DNA of 63,253 nucleotides, counting the filler, from a bacterium (lineage in GTDB: Bacteria > JAMORN01): NCBI GenBank assembly GCA_027063545.1. It is 10 parts of 10 records of this genome, joined end to end, with 100 filler letters (N's around TTAATTAATTAA, not from the genome) between each part and the next. Parts side by side here need not be neighbours in the genome. Positions count along the whole stretch, not along the records: positions 46,344 to 52,723 come from JAMORN010000154.1; positions 52,824 to 59,203 come from JAMORN010000155.1; positions 59,304 to 63,253 come from JAMORN010000167.1; 7 more parts are not named here. One strand, written 5' to 3'. The notes beneath the pieces are model-generated. The model worked only from the letters and a program-made list of their open reading frames with translations, searched no databases and was not told the DNA's origin. The translations under genes were made by a program, and so were the position numbers. Shown here piece after piece: positions 52,662-62,506 of the stretch (position 1 is the first letter of the stretch; every line of letters starts with the position of its first letter).

Positions 52662-52723
52662 ATGCTTCGCTCAATGTATGCAAGTGTATCAGGTTTAAGA
52701 AATCACCAAGTAAGATTAGATAT
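52662..52723 (+). CDS. flgE: flagellar hook protein N-terminus (truncated)
   Basis: MLRSMYASVSGLRNHQVRLD after GGAGG, following flgD. Confidence 0.85.
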
Positions 52724-52823
52724 NNNNNNNNNNNNNNNNNNNNNNNNNNNNNNNNNNNNNNNNNNNNTTAATTAATTAANNNNNNNNNNNNNNNNNNNNN
52801 NNNNNNNNNNNNNNNNNNNNNNN

Positions 52824-54513
52824 TGTATAAAATCTTCTCTAAATCATCTTCAATATCCCATTCATTCAAAATAGTTAACAATCTAAAGTATGCAGATAAT
52901 ACACCTGTAACTAAAGCAGATGCAATTCCATGTCCTGTAACATCAGCTATCATAAGAGCAACCTTATTGTTAGAATATCTGATTACATCAAACCAATCTC
53001 CGCCTAAATATATAGCAGATTGATAAAATGCTTCTATTTCAATAATATCTCTTAAATGTTTGTAATCTTTTCCAACCATTGTTTCCTGAAGCTCTCCTGC
53101 CATACTCATATCTTTTTCTATAATCTCTTTTTCTTCCTTTTCTTCTGAAAGACTTATATTCTCCCATAGCAACGATGCGATTTTTAATATAGAATAAATC
53201 ACTATAGATAGTTGTTTATCATATTTATCTCCATAATTTACAACAAATAAAGCTGTCAGCTTTTTTTCTATATATATAGGATATACAAAAGTGGGCTCTT
53301 CTACATACTTAAATTGATAAAAACTATCATGTTGATGATGAAAATTTTCTATAATTGAATAAAGTTCTTTTTTATATGTATCTAAAATAGATGGTGTTAC
53401 TTCAATAATATTAACCTCTTCATCATACTCAAATCTCGTTGTAAACCCATCACTTTCCACTCTCAAATAAATTGGCTTTACTCCATGTTTAATTACAATA
53501 TATTTTAATATCTCTTTTAACAATCTTTTGTAATTTTTTATTCTGGAAATCTCATAAAAAAAACCAAAAAATTCAAAATAAAGAGTTGAAATTCTAGAAA
53601 GTTTTGTTTCTAAATTTTTATATTCTTTCTTTAAAGATGAGATTGCTTTATCTTTTAAATTTAACTCCTTCTGTAATTCTTGAATTATTCTTAAAACATC
53701 ATTAATTACTGATATTTTCTTTAACGCTGGCTCAATTGTAAATTCTCTATTTTTTAGCTTTCTTCCCAATACCTCAAATCCTAAAAATAAGTCTTTTAGA
53801 TCAACATCTATATATAAATAATGTAAAATCATACCTATTATCCATAAAGTAAAAAACCAACTTAAGAAAAATACAAATAAAATAGATAATTTTATTGAAA
53901 AGTAGGATTTTATAATAAAATCACCTAACTTTGTTTTTACAAGAGATTCCTTTTTTATTATAGGAAATAAATATCCTCCTGATTGACTACTATAAAACCA
54001 GTCTTCATTAGGGAATTGTATTTCATTATAATAAGATATAAAAAATGAAGGATATTTAAATATTTCAGTAAATAACTCTTTTATACCTATAAATCCGATA
54101 AAAAACTGTCTCTTCCTTAAGTTATAAACATAAACATAGTATAAATTATCCTCTATATTAATTAAAGTCGAGTAGTATTCTTTCTTAAAACATATTTTTT
54201 TTATTATACTTTTTATATTTTTCTTTTTTTCTCCAACAAAAAAATTCCCTTTAATAATATTATCTTTTCTTAAATCGTAGATAATATACCAACCATTCTC
54301 TAATTCTTTATAATCCTTTGAATATATCCGATTAGAAATAATATAAATATAATCTAAAAGCATTAATTTATCTTTTAAAATCTCTTTTTTATAATTAAAG
54401 TTTTTACTATAGTATAGTAAATAATAACCAAAAAATATTATTGTTATAACTAATGCAAATATAAAACTATATATAGCAGTAAATATTACATTCTTTTTTG
54501 TTAGTTTATCCAT
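52824..54513 (-). CDS. membrane SpoIIE/RsbU-type PP2C phosphatase (3' truncated)
   Basis: Two TMs, coiled coil, GAF-like region, AGELQ...GGDWFD...IADVTGHG. Confidence 0.88.
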
Positions 54514-54515
54514 AA

Positions 54516-56021
54516 TTATTCCTTAGTAAATATATGAAATACTTTATCTTTGCTTCTTTTCATTTTTACATTATACAAAATAGCTATAATTTCAGTCTTT
54601 TTACCTTTTTCTATATTAACTACAAATTTATGTACATAATTATAAACCATATAAAATCCTATACCAGCCCCTCCTTCATCAAATGATACAGAATGGGTAG
54701 TTTCTGAGAAAAAGTTTTTTAAATACTCAAAAATCTGCTCTTTTGTTAAACTACCAAAATAGTCTACAACACTTACAATGAACTTACCATCATCATCTTT
54801 TATATAGTATAAATCTGCATACTCATTTTCTTCTAAAATAACTCTAACCTTTCTATCATAATGGACATATTTCTTTTTCCCATTTTCATCAACAGGAGCA
54901 TCATATATCGCATTCATAATAAGCTCATCTAAAATTATCTCTATATCTTTTAGAAGTTTTCTTCTTATACCATTTTCCTTAGCATAATTAATAACCTCTT
55001 CTATATATTTAGACTTCTCTGCAGAATCCCTTATTACTATATTTTTAGGTGTTAATTCGGGATTATCTAAATATTTATCTATTCCAAAAATATCATCAGT
55101 TAATAACTTATAAAAAACTACTTTAATATTTTTTAACTCTTCTTTCAACATATTTAAATCTTCATTATTAGTTAATTTTTCAACAGAAAAGGCAACTATA
55201 TTATCTGGATAAAAAATATCCACCCAATGCTCTGTTACTACATCAACAATAGACTCTTCTGTAAATACAACTAATTTTTTATCCTTACCATATTTATTCC
55301 TTATACTCTTTACTAACTCTAAGCTCTTATCCAAATCTTTATAACCACATACAACAAGATCATTTTCTTCTATTAGATTTGAATATTCAGATCTTATAGA
55401 TGTTGATTTTAAATTGTATATTGTGAGTTGATAATTTTCTTTTTTTAAATAATCAAATAAAACATTAAATAACTCTTTTTCATATTCGATCAAAAATAAT
55501 ATTTTATTTTTTCCCTTCTGAGTCTTTTGTAAATCTTCACACTTTCTAGATTCTAAAAAAGCAAAATACTCATCCTCCAACTCATCAAAATCCAATATAC
55601 CCCCACAGCTCTTACATCTATATTCTTGAGATAATGGATTATTAACATCTATGTTATCAATTTCAAATAAAACACGCTCCTCTTTATCACAATTTTCACA
55701 ATAAAATGGAGCATAAAATGACTTTATACACGCATTTTCTGGTAAAAAATTAGATATCATATTTACTTGATTAATTATTAATTCTGGAACATTTTTTAAT
55801 ACAACTTTTATATTATCTGGTATTTTAGAAAAGGTTAAAATCCATAATCTAACCCCATAACTATTAATCATTTCTACTTCTTGAAGATCTATTTCTATCT
55901 CATCTATACCATTTAAATTCTCAAAGATATGCTCTATTTTTGCATCTTCATCTATTTTTCCTGAAAATTTTAAAAACATTTTTCCCTTTTCTCTTTTTTC
56001 TATTACATTGAAATTCCCCAT
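54516..56021 (-). CDS. STAS-like / Zn-ribbon / pseudo-receiver / RsbW-like HATPase fusion
   Basis: IDLQEVEMINSYG, CENC...CKSC, KILFLIEY...DLVVCG, DELIMNAIYDA...VDYFG...GAGIGFYMV. Confidence 0.75.
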   Translation of the reverse strand: MGNFNVIEKREKGKMFLKFSGKIDEDAKIEHIFENLNGIDEIEIDLQEVEMINSYGVRLWILTFSKIPDNIKVVLKNVPELIINQVNMISNFLPENACIKSFYAPFYCENCDKEERVLFEIDNIDVNNPLSQEYRCKSCGGILDFDELEDEYFAFLESRKCEDLQKTQKGKNKILFLIEYEKELFNVLFDYLKKENYQLTIYNLKSTSIRSEYSNLIEENDLVVCGYKDLDKSLELVKSIRNKYGKDKKLVVFTEESIVDVVTEHWVDIFYPDNIVAFSVEKLTNNEDLNMLKEELKNIKVVFYKLLTDDIFGIDKYLDNPELTPKNIVIRDSAEKSKYIEEVINYAKENGIRRKLLKDIEIILDELIMNAIYDAPVDENGKKKYVHYDRKVRVILEENEYADLYYIKDDDGKFIVSVVDYFGSLTKEQIFEYLKNFFSETTHSVSFDEGGAGIGFYMVYNYVHKFVVNIEKGKKTEIIAILYNVKMKRSKDKVFHIFTKE

Positions 56022-56031
56022 CTTTCTTCTC

Positions 56032-57966
56032 CTATAAAGTAAATTCCTTTATAGTTTTTTTCTCATATATCCAATTATACATAAAAAAATTAAATAAAAC
56101 CTTTTTTACATATTCTCTTGTTTCTCTAAATTCTAAAGATTCAATAATTATGTCTATATCCTTTAATCCTTTTAAATAAGTAGTCCTCCATCTATTTACC
56201 CGTATCCTTCCTGCGTTATAGGAAGCCACACTATATATTAAATTACCACTAAAATATCTTGCAAGATCCTTTATTAAAATAAATCCCAATTTAATATTAA
56301 ACTCTCTATTATATAATGAATCCAAACTAAACTTATAACCTTTAGCCTTACAAAGATCTCTTGCCACGTATGGCATTATTTGCATAAATCCAACTGCACC
56401 CACTGGCGATACTATTTTTTCACTAAACTGAGACTCCTGTTTAGCTATACTATAAATTAAATATAAAAACTCCTTATTGTCAATAAATTTCACATCAAAT
56501 GTTGGGAAATTTAGTTTTAATTCTTCCATTGATAATCTATTTATATTTAAATGATAATAATAATCTTTTACAAACTTATATGAATATTCTCGATTATTTT
56601 TATAAATGAAATTATAAGCTATAAAAAACCTCATATCTTTTTTGTAATACGGCTTTAAATACAATAAAAACGGATAAATTTTTAAATTTAATATTAACTT
56701 AATATCTCTTATAAATCTTATTGAATCCACATATAAATTACTAAAATCCATATTTGGAAGATCATCTATCTTCAATTTTATTTTATTTTTCATTAATGTC
56801 CTTATATAATAAAAATCTAATATCCCATTTTTTTTTATTTTATCATAATAATAATTAGCTAAAGAATCTTTTTTTTCCAATTCATAAGTCTTTGCTAAAA
56901 AGAAAAACTTTCTATTGTTATCTTTTAGCCTCATTAAACAATTTTTTGCTTTTTCATAAGATCTTAATCTTAAGTTTATAATAGCTATTCTAAAAGTTGC
57001 TTCATTTTTATAATAAGAATTTAATTTTAATTTAGATAGTTTTCTGTAATAATATAAAGCAGAATCTAATGATAGTTTTTTTTCATATTCCCAACCTAAA
57101 TACCATGCGCTCTTTTGACCATATATAGTTTTTAGGTATTTATTAACCAATAAATTATAATACTTATGAGCCTTTTGATAATCTTTCTTTCTATAAAACC
57201 TAGCTAATTTATAATATAAATATGCTCTTTTTTTAGGGTATAAATTGATTAATTTATTTATAAGTTTTATATATTCTTTTTTGTTATTATATAAATAATC
57301 AACTAGCTGTAAATAAAATCTATCGTATCCTTTTATTTTATATTTTTTTATCAAAGCTCTTCCAGACTTAAAATACCCATAGTTAAATAATTCTATAATT
57401 ATTCTTTTTTTCTGCTTATATGTAATATTAATATTTGCTATTAAATCAATATTATATGCCAATTTCTTTATATATACTGCTTTATATTCTTTTCTTCTTT
57501 CCCGAAAAACTCCCTTTTTAATCAAAAACTCTAAATCTTCATATCTTTTATGTTGTATTGCATAATCTAAAATAAAAAAGGTTTCATCTTTTGAAAGGAA
57601 ATATCTATTTATCTTATATAATTCAAATAAGTTTTTATATCTAACAAATATTCTACTACTTCGAGAAAAATAAAATAAATATAAAAGTTTTCTAAAATCA
57701 TTAATAACAAAAGAAGATGAATCAATAATATTCATAGATAAATTTTCATTTATAAGCACACCACTTTGAGTATTTAAAGATAAAAGAATTATCTTAAAAA
57801 TTAATTTATCTCTGTATAAATTTTTTACATTATTTTGTCTATATAAAGAATCTAAAACACTTATAACTTCGTTATCATTATATTTAAAAAAATAGTACGA
57901 ATAGCTACTACTTAATAATAAAAAAATAAGTATAAGAACATAAAAATTTATTTTATTCCTTATCAT
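56032..57966 (-). CDS. soluble lytic transglycosylase (Slt70-like, TPR + SLT)
   Basis: KQESQF, SPVGAVGFMQIMP, ASYNAG, ETREYVKKV. Confidence 0.92.
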   Translation of the reverse strand: MIRNKINFYVLILIFLLLSSSYSYYFFKYNDNEVISVLDSLYRQNNVKNLYRDKLIFKIILLSLNTQSGVLINENLSMNIIDSSSFVINDFRKLLYLFYFSRSSRIFVRYKNLFELYKINRYFLSKDETFFILDYAIQHKRYEDLEFLIKKGVFRERRKEYKAVYIKKLAYNIDLIANINITYKQKKRIIIELFNYGYFKSGRALIKKYKIKGYDRFYLQLVDYLYNNKKEYIKLINKLINLYPKKRAYLYYKLARFYRKKDYQKAHKYYNLLVNKYLKTIYGQKSAWYLGWEYEKKLSLDSALYYYRKLSKLKLNSYYKNEATFRIAIINLRLRSYEKAKNCLMRLKDNNRKFFFLAKTYELEKKDSLANYYYDKIKKNGILDFYYIRTLMKNKIKLKIDDLPNMDFSNLYVDSIRFIRDIKLILNLKIYPFLLYLKPYYKKDMRFFIAYNFIYKNNREYSYKFVKDYYYHLNINRLSMEELKLNFPTFDVKFIDNKEFLYLIYSIAKQESQFSEKIVSPVGAVGFMQIMPYVARDLCKAKGYKFSLDSLYNREFNIKLGFILIKDLARYFSGNLIYSVASYNAGRIRVNRWRTTYLKGLKDIDIIIESLEFRETREYVKKVLFNFFMYNWIYEKKTIKEFTL

Positions 57967-58975
57967 ATCGCATAAAAATAGCCATTATAGCTATTCCAAG
58001 AAGAAAGAATATTAAAGAAATAATAAATAGATTACTACTTAAAGATGGAATATATATACTATTAGTGTAAACTTTATAATTAGGAATATGTACAATCTTA
58101 TCGCCTATCTTTTGATATAAATCTATTAACTTATAATATTTAAAAGGATATATGGCATAAAGTCCTCCAATTACCAATCCTAAAAGAAAACTCAAAGTTT
58201 TATCATAATAATTATTTAATAAAAACTTTAGTAATCTAACAAATACTAGCATTCCAACAATGATTCCTAACATAACAGAAAAAATTATTAATATATCATT
58301 TAAATAAAACTTAGATATTCTAGAAATAGCATTTATTACAACAAAATATTTCCCTGAAATTAAAAAAATAAAAGAGCCACTAATTCCTGGAAGTATCATT
58401 GCTGAAATTGCCAACATAGATACAAAAAATATGGAAATTAAATCTTGAATTTCATATTCCACCATATTTACTAAATCTTTAGCATAGTATAAATTCATAT
58501 AATATTCACTCTTTTTTATGACTTTTACTGCTGGGTCAAATCTGTAGGTAATATAGAAGGTAATAAAGACCCCTAAAAAAAGAAATAAAGCTTCAGAATA
58601 TGAAAATTTTCTTATTCTCTTTAATACAACGGGAATAGAGCCTAAAATTAATCCAAAAAATAAACTATATACATACTCATAATAATGTTCTATTGAATAA
58701 GAAATAAGTTTACTTGTTAATATAATTGAAATAACTGCTCCTAAGAAGATATTCATCAAAAATATAAAATCTCTTTTTTTTAGTTCTTTATATATTAATT
58801 CAAAATTAAAAATATTCTTTATTACTATCAGTAAAAACTCTTTATCATACTTATTTAAGGCCTCTATAAGTTTATCATATATACCTAAAATTAAAGCAAA
58901 TGTTCCTCCAGAAACTCCGGGGATTACATTTGCTATTCCAATTATCATACCAAAAATAAACTCTTTTATAAACAT
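57953..58975 (-). CDS. DUF368 family membrane protein (putative undecaprenyl-phosphate translocase)
   Basis: ANVIPGVSGGT and AMILPGISGS repeats. Confidence 0.92.
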   Translation of the reverse strand: MFIKEFIFGMIIGIANVIPGVSGGTFALILGIYDKLIEALNKYDKEFLLIVIKNIFNFELIYKELKKRDFIFLMNIFLGAVISIILTSKLISYSIEHYYEYVYSLFFGLILGSIPVVLKRIRKFSYSEALFLFLGVFITFYITYRFDPAVKVIKKSEYYMNLYYAKDLVNMVEYEIQDLISIFFVSMLAISAMILPGISGSFIFLISGKYFVVINAISRISKFYLNDILIIFSVMLGIIVGMLVFVRLLKFLLNNYYDKTLSFLLGLVIGGLYAIYPFKYYKLIDLYQKIGDKIVHIPNYKVYTNSIYIPSLSSNLFIISLIFFLLGIAIMAIFMRYDKE

Positions 58976-59092
58976 AACAATCTCCTAGTTTATATCCAAA
59001 AATTATTTTTTATAAAATGTCTATGAAAAAATATATTTTTTTATCTAAACATAAAATGTTAAGTAAAAAAATATAAATAACAGGGAAATTAC

Positions 59093-59203
59093 ATGATTTA
59101 TAATGTAGAAAATATAGATAAAAAAAGCTTTGAGGAGATTATTGATAAAATAAAAAAAAATAAAATATTCTTATCTCCTACAGATACTATATGGGGGTTA
59201 CAT
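59093..59203 (+). CDS. TsaC/Sua5 threonylcarbamoyl-AMP synthase N-terminus (truncated)
   Basis: MIYNVEN...IFLSPTDTIWGLH matches PT(D/E)TxYGL. Confidence 0.75.
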
Positions 59204-59304
59204 NNNNNNNNNNNNNNNNNNNNNNNNNNNNNNNNNNNNNNNNNNNNTTAATTAATTAANNNNNNNNNNNNNNNNNNNNNNNNNNNNNNNNNNNNNNNNN
59301 NNNG

Positions 59305-59391
59305 GTATCTCAACTTCACACTAAGGCTATAATGAAATTAAAAGCTAAGGTAAAGACAAAATTTTTGGAAAAAGGGCAAAGGGAAAAATGA
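59305..59391 (+). CDS. fliA: sigma28 FliA C-terminus (5' truncated)
   Basis: VSQLHTKAIMKLK, region 4.2 of FliA/WhiG. Confidence 0.75.
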   Translation, partial: VSQLHTKAIMKLKAKVKTKFLEKGQREK

Positions 59392-59657
59392 TAGATAAGA
59401 TTATTCATATGTTTCAAAGATTAAATTTTGTGGATAGAATACAAGATATGCATCATGCTCAGATATTAAGAGATGAAGATATAAATGAAAATATAGATAA
59501 AAAGAAGTCAGAAGATAGGGTTGATAAGATAGAGGATATAATAGAGTTAGAATTAATTAAACCTGTAGATGAGAAGGAAAAAAAAGACCAAAATAGAAGG
59601 GAAAGAAAATCCTTAGAAGATAAGAAGAAAGGAAAATTTATAGATAGGTTAGCTTAA
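59388..59657 (+). CDS. small charged hypothetical protein
   Basis: ATGA overlap with fliA; ends KGKFIDRLA. Confidence 0.6.
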   Translation: MIDKIIHMFQRLNFVDRIQDMHHAQILRDEDINENIDKKKSEDRVDKIEDIIELELIKPVDEKEKKDQNRRERKSLEDKKKGKFIDRLA

Positions 59658-59661
59658 ATTT

Positions 59662-60549
59662 ATGACAAATAATCGTAAAAATATACAAAATGATAGTTTA
59701 AGAAAAAAGATAGAGAGTATTATAAAACTTCCAGCTTTACCAACAATAGTTTCAAAGATACTTCAGCTTATAGATAATCCCAGAGGTACAGATGTTAATA
59801 CATTAAGTAAGTTAATATTAAGTGATCAAGTTTTAACAACAAAAATTTTAAAGGTAGCAAATAGTCCATTTTATGGATATGCAGGCCAGATATCAACAAT
59901 CCAAAGGGCTATAGTTGTTATAGGTTTTAATGAGGTTAAGTCTATTCTTTTGTCATCTTCCATTATGAATATGTTTAAGATGGATGACAGAGATTTTAGT
60001 TATTTTAAGTTTTGGGAGCATAGTGTAGCTGTTGCTATTATTATGAGGATGCTTTCTAGAACTTATTATTATATGATAAGTGGAGAAGCTTTTGTTAGTG
60101 GTTTAATTCATGATATAGGAAAAATTATTATACATCAATATCTCTACACTGATTTTAAAGAAATAATGAAAAAAATGAGAGAAGAAGGAAAATCTTATTT
60201 GAGAGCAGAAAGGGAAGTTTTAGGTGTAACCCATTCAGAGATAGGTAGTTGGTTGTTGAAAAAATGGAATATGCCCCCAAATTTAATAAATTCAGTATTA
60301 TATCATCATAATCCAGAATTAGCAGAAGAGGATAAGCCTTTAGTAGCGTTTGTTCACTTTGCTGATTATTTAGTAAAAAGATTAAAAATAGGTGATTCTT
60401 TAAATAATGAAATTACTATTTCTGATTCTATATGGTCTATTTTTGAGGAGAATGGTATAGATATTGTCCCAGAGGATATTGATTTAATTTTAGAAAGAGC
60501 TAAAAGTGAAGTAGATAAGACAGAGGGGTTTATTTCTTTACTAAAATGA
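59662..60549 (+). CDS. HDOD domain protein
   Basis: LPALPTI, DQVLTTKILKVANSPFYG, FWEHS, GLIHDIGK, HSEIG..W. Confidence 0.93.
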   Translation: MTNNRKNIQNDSLRKKIESIIKLPALPTIVSKILQLIDNPRGTDVNTLSKLILSDQVLTTKILKVANSPFYGYAGQISTIQRAIVVIGFNEVKSILLSSSIMNMFKMDDRDFSYFKFWEHSVAVAIIMRMLSRTYYYMISGEAFVSGLIHDIGKIIIHQYLYTDFKEIMKKMREEGKSYLRAEREVLGVTHSEIGSWLLKKWNMPPNLINSVLYHHNPELAEEDKPLVAFVHFADYLVKRLKIGDSLNNEITISDSIWSIFEENGIDIVPEDIDLILERAKSEVDKTEGFISLLK

Positions 60550-60568
60550 ATAACCAGATAGTGTTATT

Positions 60569-62263
60569 ATGAAGGAATTTGATATAGAAAGATTAATTTA
60601 TTTCTTTAATAAGGTTCTTAATTATAAAGATATAAAAAATGTAGCTAAATTTCTTATTAAAGAATTAAAGCATATATTTAATATTGAACATTATGCCCTT
60701 TATATCAATAAAGATTTCTCTACCCCATATAATTTTAGAATTGAATATAGTAGCGACCTTCCTGAGGATCTAAAAGAAAAATTTCAATCCTTTTATGATG
60801 AGGCTATAGTATATTTTGCTATTAATGATAATAAAATAAAGTTTATTCCAGATATAGATGAAGGCTCAGATAGTATCAAGTATTTTATAATGCCTTTTGT
60901 GGATAAATCTAGAGTTATAGGTTATTTAATAGCCTATGGGGAATTTAATGAAAGTAAGATAACATCTAATTTAGAGAAGTATTTAAATTATTTAACTTAT
61001 TTAAGTGCTGTAGTAATAGAGAATGTATATCTTTTTCAGGAAGAGGATAGTATAAATCAACATTTAACTAATATAATAGAATTTGGAAAAGATATATTTA
61101 GCAAAATTGAAGAGAAAGAAATTATATCAAAGTTTATAGAATTATTAAAGAGAGAATTTAAATATGATGAATTGTTTATTATTGAAAAATATGTAAAAGA
61201 AGATGAAGCTGGAATTAAGTTTATATACAGAACATCACCTATAGAAATAAAGAACAACAATTTAAGAATATTAAGTAGAAAAGTAAATATTACTTTTATA
61301 GATAAAAACCATCATCTTTTCTACGAATTAAAAAAATACTTTAATTTAAACTATGCAATTATTTTACATATTACTCTATCAGAAAAGGATAAATTATTTG
61401 CAATTATAGGATATAAAAAGCCAGAGGAGATATTTTTTAGATCATCAAATAAGACTACAATAGAATACTTAGAGATTTTATTAACATATTTAAAACTAGC
61501 TATAAATAATACTAGATTGTTAAAATCAAATATAAAGGCAAAAGAGGAAATAGAACAAAAAAATCTTCAATTATTTCAAGCTTCTAAAATGGCCGCTATA
61601 GGAGACTTTGCAAGTGGAATAGCCCATGAAATTAATACCCCCCTTCAGATTATTATGGGTAGATTACAGTTAATTTCAATAAAAACAAAAGATGAGGATT
61701 TATTAAAGGATATAAATATCATTTATGAAGAGACAAAGAGAATAGCTTCTTTAATAAGAAATTTACTAGAATTTGCCAGAGGTGGTAAGGATTCAGAAGA
61801 AGATTTTGGTGAAATTGATCTAAGAGAAATTATAGATAGTGTATTAGGATTATTAGAACACCAAATAGAAAAGGATAATATAAAAATTAGAAAAAGAGGT
61901 TGGAATAAAGAAAAAATAATTATAGGACATAGCAACTCCTTAAAACAAGTATTTTTAAATTTAATAAATAATAGTAGACAGGCATTGATGGAATGGGATG
62001 GAAAAAAAGAAATAAAATTATGTTTGGAGGAAAAAGAAAATAAAATAATAGCAAAAGTAATAGATACAGGTCCTGGAATACCCAAAGATAATATAGAAAA
62101 AATTTTTCATCCATTCTTTTCTACAAAAGAATTTAAAGGAGGAATTGGTTTAGGTCTTGCTTTGGTTTATAATATTGTTCAAAAGCATAATGGAAGAATA
62201 AAAGTAAAAAGTATTCCCGGGGTTCGAACAACATTTACTCTTGAATTTCCAAAGGTAAAATAA
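60569..62263 (+). CDS. GAF-domain sensor histidine kinase
   Basis: Two GAF-like regions, AHEINTPL, QVFLNLINN, DTGPGI, GIGLGL. Confidence 0.9.
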   Translation: MKEFDIERLIYFFNKVLNYKDIKNVAKFLIKELKHIFNIEHYALYINKDFSTPYNFRIEYSSDLPEDLKEKFQSFYDEAIVYFAINDNKIKFIPDIDEGSDSIKYFIMPFVDKSRVIGYLIAYGEFNESKITSNLEKYLNYLTYLSAVVIENVYLFQEEDSINQHLTNIIEFGKDIFSKIEEKEIISKFIELLKREFKYDELFIIEKYVKEDEAGIKFIYRTSPIEIKNNNLRILSRKVNITFIDKNHHLFYELKKYFNLNYAIILHITLSEKDKLFAIIGYKKPEEIFFRSSNKTTIEYLEILLTYLKLAINNTRLLKSNIKAKEEIEQKNLQLFQASKMAAIGDFASGIAHEINTPLQIIMGRLQLISIKTKDEDLLKDINIIYEETKRIASLIRNLLEFARGGKDSEEDFGEIDLREIIDSVLGLLEHQIEKDNIKIRKRGWNKEKIIIGHSNSLKQVFLNLINNSRQALMEWDGKKEIKLCLEEKENKIIAKVIDTGPGIPKDNIEKIFHPFFSTKEFKGGIGLGLALVYNIVQKHNGRIKVKSIPGVRTTFTLEFPKVK

Positions 62264-62266
62264 CTC

Positions 62267-62295
62267 TTGACTTTAATATAATATAAAATTATTTT
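62267..62295 (+). promoter_or_regulatory. sigma70-type promoter for tRNA-Gly-rimP-nusA
   Basis: TTGACT-N17-TATTTT ending 21 nt upstream of the tRNA. Confidence 0.6.
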
Positions 62296-62316
62296 TAATA
62301 CACCGAATTTGAATAA

Positions 62317-62389
62317 GCGAGTGTAGCTCAGTTGGTAGAGCACTTCGTTGCCAACGAAGTGGTCGCGGGTTCGAATCCCGTCACTCGCT
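62317..62389 (+). tRNA. tRNA-Gly(GCC)
   Basis: GCGAGTGTAGCTCAGTTGGTAGAGCA-CTTCG-TTGCCAA-CGAAG...GTTCGAATCCC...CACTCGCT. Confidence 0.96.
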
Positions 62390-62429
62390 TAGAAATGAAA
62401 ATAAGAAGAAGGTATATTAATAAAAAAAA

Positions 62430-62467
62430 GGGAGAGAATTGAAACAAAAAATTCTCTCCCTTTTTTT
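62430..62467 (+). terminator. terminator/attenuator between tRNA-Gly and rimP
   Basis: GGGAGAGAATT...AATTCTCTCCC followed by T7. Confidence 0.8.
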
Positions 62468-62506
62468 ATTATTTTATAGTTTTTTTTCTATTAAGGAGAA
62501 AGTTTT

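Noticed and set aside
6669..59303. Regularly spaced TTAATTAATTAA repeats every ~6.5 kb
   Set aside because: Artificial six-frame-stop linkers within N runs; the spacing reflects length-sorted contigs. Cross-linker neighbourhoods were not interpreted.
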